This document shows positions 62,046 to 64,000 of a DNA stretch of 64,000 nucleotides, piece by piece; positions within the stretch are counted from its first letter, which is position 1, and every line of letters begins with the position of its first letter. The notes under the pieces are model-generated. The model had not been told where the DNA came from. It was given only the letters and a program-made list of their open reading frames with translations, and did not search any database. The DNA comes from Podospora anserina (taxonomy: Eukaryota), in assembly GCA_017654855.1 (NCBI GenBank), contig CM030338.1, positions 2,356,001 to 2,420,000 of the forward strand. The letters are read 5' to 3'. The position numbers and the translations under genes are program-made.

Positions 62046-63605
62046 ATGACCACCGAGGAGAAGCCCGTCGGTCAGTACACACCCCCCTTCCCTTCGCCTT
62101 GCTACATAGGATCCCCATGCCTTGCTTCTTGTCTCTTTTTTGTACAGGACAGGACCACCTTGGGCTCCCCATCATGCGCCCGCCCGATGCTAACCTTGTT
62201 TTTCCCGCCATAAAGACTACACTCTGAACAACCCCGACACCCTCACCAAGTACAAGACCGCCGCCCAGATCTCGGAGAAGGTCTTGGCCGAGGTATCGAA
62301 GCTATGCGTCGCTGGTAGCAAGATCGTCGACATCTGCGAAAAGGGCGACAAGCTCATCGAGGAGGAAGTTGCCAAGGTTTACCGCGGCAAGAAGATCACC
62401 AAGGGTACGTTAAGAGGTGCCCGACCTGGGATCCTGCCTGCCACACCTTGACATGTCGCCACTGGCTCCCGATACCCCCTGAGCTTGTGCTTGTGCCGGT
62501 TGTTGGTGTTGACACAGATTTTTCCGCCCATCTATAGGTTTCTCTCATCCCACCACCGTCTCCCCGGCTGCCTTTGTCACTCCTTACACCCCCCTGAAGA
62601 CGGACGAGAAGGAGGCTGCGACTGAGATCCAGGCCGGCGAGCCCATCAAGATCCAGCTCGGTGCCCAGATCGATGGCTTCGGCTCCATCGTTTGCGACAC
62701 CGTCGTCGCCCCCGAGAAGGAGGGAGCCGAGCCCGTCATCGAGGGCCGCACTGCCGACCTTCTCCTGGCCACCTACTATGTCAACGAGCTCCTCCTTCGG
62801 TTGATGATCCCCCCTGGACTTTTGGCCAGCGGCACCGAAGAGGAGAAGGCCAAGGCTGCTTCCGTCAAGCCTCCCTCGCAGTCCAAGATCTCCAGCCTTT
62901 TGGAGAAGGTCGCTCAGGCCTACGACTGCAACATTGTTGAAAGCACGACCTCGTGGCTCTTTGACCGCAACGAGATCGAGGGCTCCAAGAAGATTGTCAT
63001 CTCTCCTGGCGAGGGCACCAAGGGCGAGGGCGTCCCCGAGGTCGGTGAGGTCTGGGGTGTCGAGGTTGGCGTCAGCTTGGGCTCTGGCAAGGTCAAGCAG
63101 TTTGAGCAAAGAACGACTCTGCACCGCCGCACCACCAACACATACGCCCTCAAGCGTCCCACCTCGCGCAAGATCCTCTCCGAGGTGCAGAAGAAGTTTG
63201 GCACCTTCCCCTTCAGCTTGCGCCAGCTCGAGGATGAGCGTGATGCCAAGTCTGGCATCATCGAGTGTGTCCGTGGCAATGTGATCCGTCAGTACGAGGC
63301 CAGTGGCGAGAAGGACGGCGAGCCTGTTGCCAGACTTTTGACCACCGTTGGTAAGAAACATTTGGAATTCCACGTCATTCTAGGACAGCTGCAGACAGAG
63401 ATGTGCTGACAAATGATTGATTGTAGCCATCACCAAGAACGGCCTCTCCAAGGTTGGTGCTCCCCCTGCTTTGGACCTCGCCAAGGTGAAGTCGGACAAG
63501 AAGATTGTGGATGAGGAGATCCTCAAGATTCTTGAGCAGCCCCTGTCCCGCAACACGGGCAAGAAGAACAAGAACAAGAAGAAGAAGGCCGAGGGCGAGG
63601 AGTAA
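62046..63605 (+). CDS. Curved-DNA-binding protein / PA2G4 (Ebp1)-like, inactive M24 peptidase fold; exons 62046-62070, 62216-62404, 62538-63350, 63427-63605
   Basis: DYTLNNPDTLTKYKTAAQI, GFSHPTTVSP, KIQLGAQIDGF, YALKRPTSRKILSEVQKKFGTFPFSLRQL and a Lys-rich tail. Confidence 0.9.
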
Positions 63606-64000
63606 ACGCAACGGCGGGTTGAATATGGGGGGCATTGAGCTGGATTCAGCGTCGCTACCCGAGCACAGGAATGTCCGGGGTGCAAACACCTCCTCCAGGC
63701 AGCTTCTCGGCTCTCCGGCCGCAACGGCTTTGTTACGTGGAGGACTGGGCTTGAAGTGCCCAGCAGAACAGTAGGGACAGTCGAGCAACGGCAAGCTGGG
63801 AGGGGCAAAGCGAAAGGTGTGGGGATGTGGTAGGAGAAAAAGGTTTTCTATCCATTACCCCCGCCGCCTTGGCTTATCGCTGTTTCTTAGTTCGAGCAGA
63901 AATGAATAAAAAAAGTTAATCGCACTTTGGCAACCCTTGCAGCTGAGTGAACAGTAGGTATGAAGTTAGTGACGCTAGGTGGTGACGCTATGAGGCGTGT

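Overview
Eukaryotic genomic DNA from a filamentous ascomycete: intron-containing genes, GT..AG introns with CTAAC/CTGAC branch sites and RIP-like AT-rich repeat DNA. The style suggests Sordariales (Podospora-like), which is an inference. The window holds about 17 spliced or single-exon protein genes: a small membrane protein, GPI13, a divergent RAE1-like WD40 protein, a GPI-anchored aspartic protease, a divergent V-ATPase c subunit, VPS18/PEP3, a LaeA-like methyltransferase, an NDP-glucose 4,6-dehydratase paired head-to-head with a nucleotide-sugar transporter, RPF1, GRS1, CLA4, a JSN1/PUF2-like gene, a caspase-like/homeodomain/rhodanese protein, PBN1, SNF5 and a CDB4/PA2G4-like gene. There is also a 408-bp non-autonomous DNA transposon with terminal inverted repeats (TIRs) and an 8-bp target-site duplication (TSD). 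The main discovery concerns SNF5. Its TAG stop is followed, in the same frame, by about 490 further codons. That stretch is interrupted only by three more TAG codons, ends at TAA 57537, and encodes two C2H2 fingers and two Zn2Cys6-like clusters. This is the pattern expected if sexual-stage A-to-I mRNA editing (UAG->UGG) produces a SWI/SNF subunit carrying its own DNA-binding domains. Exon boundaries were read by eye and need RNA-seq confirmation.
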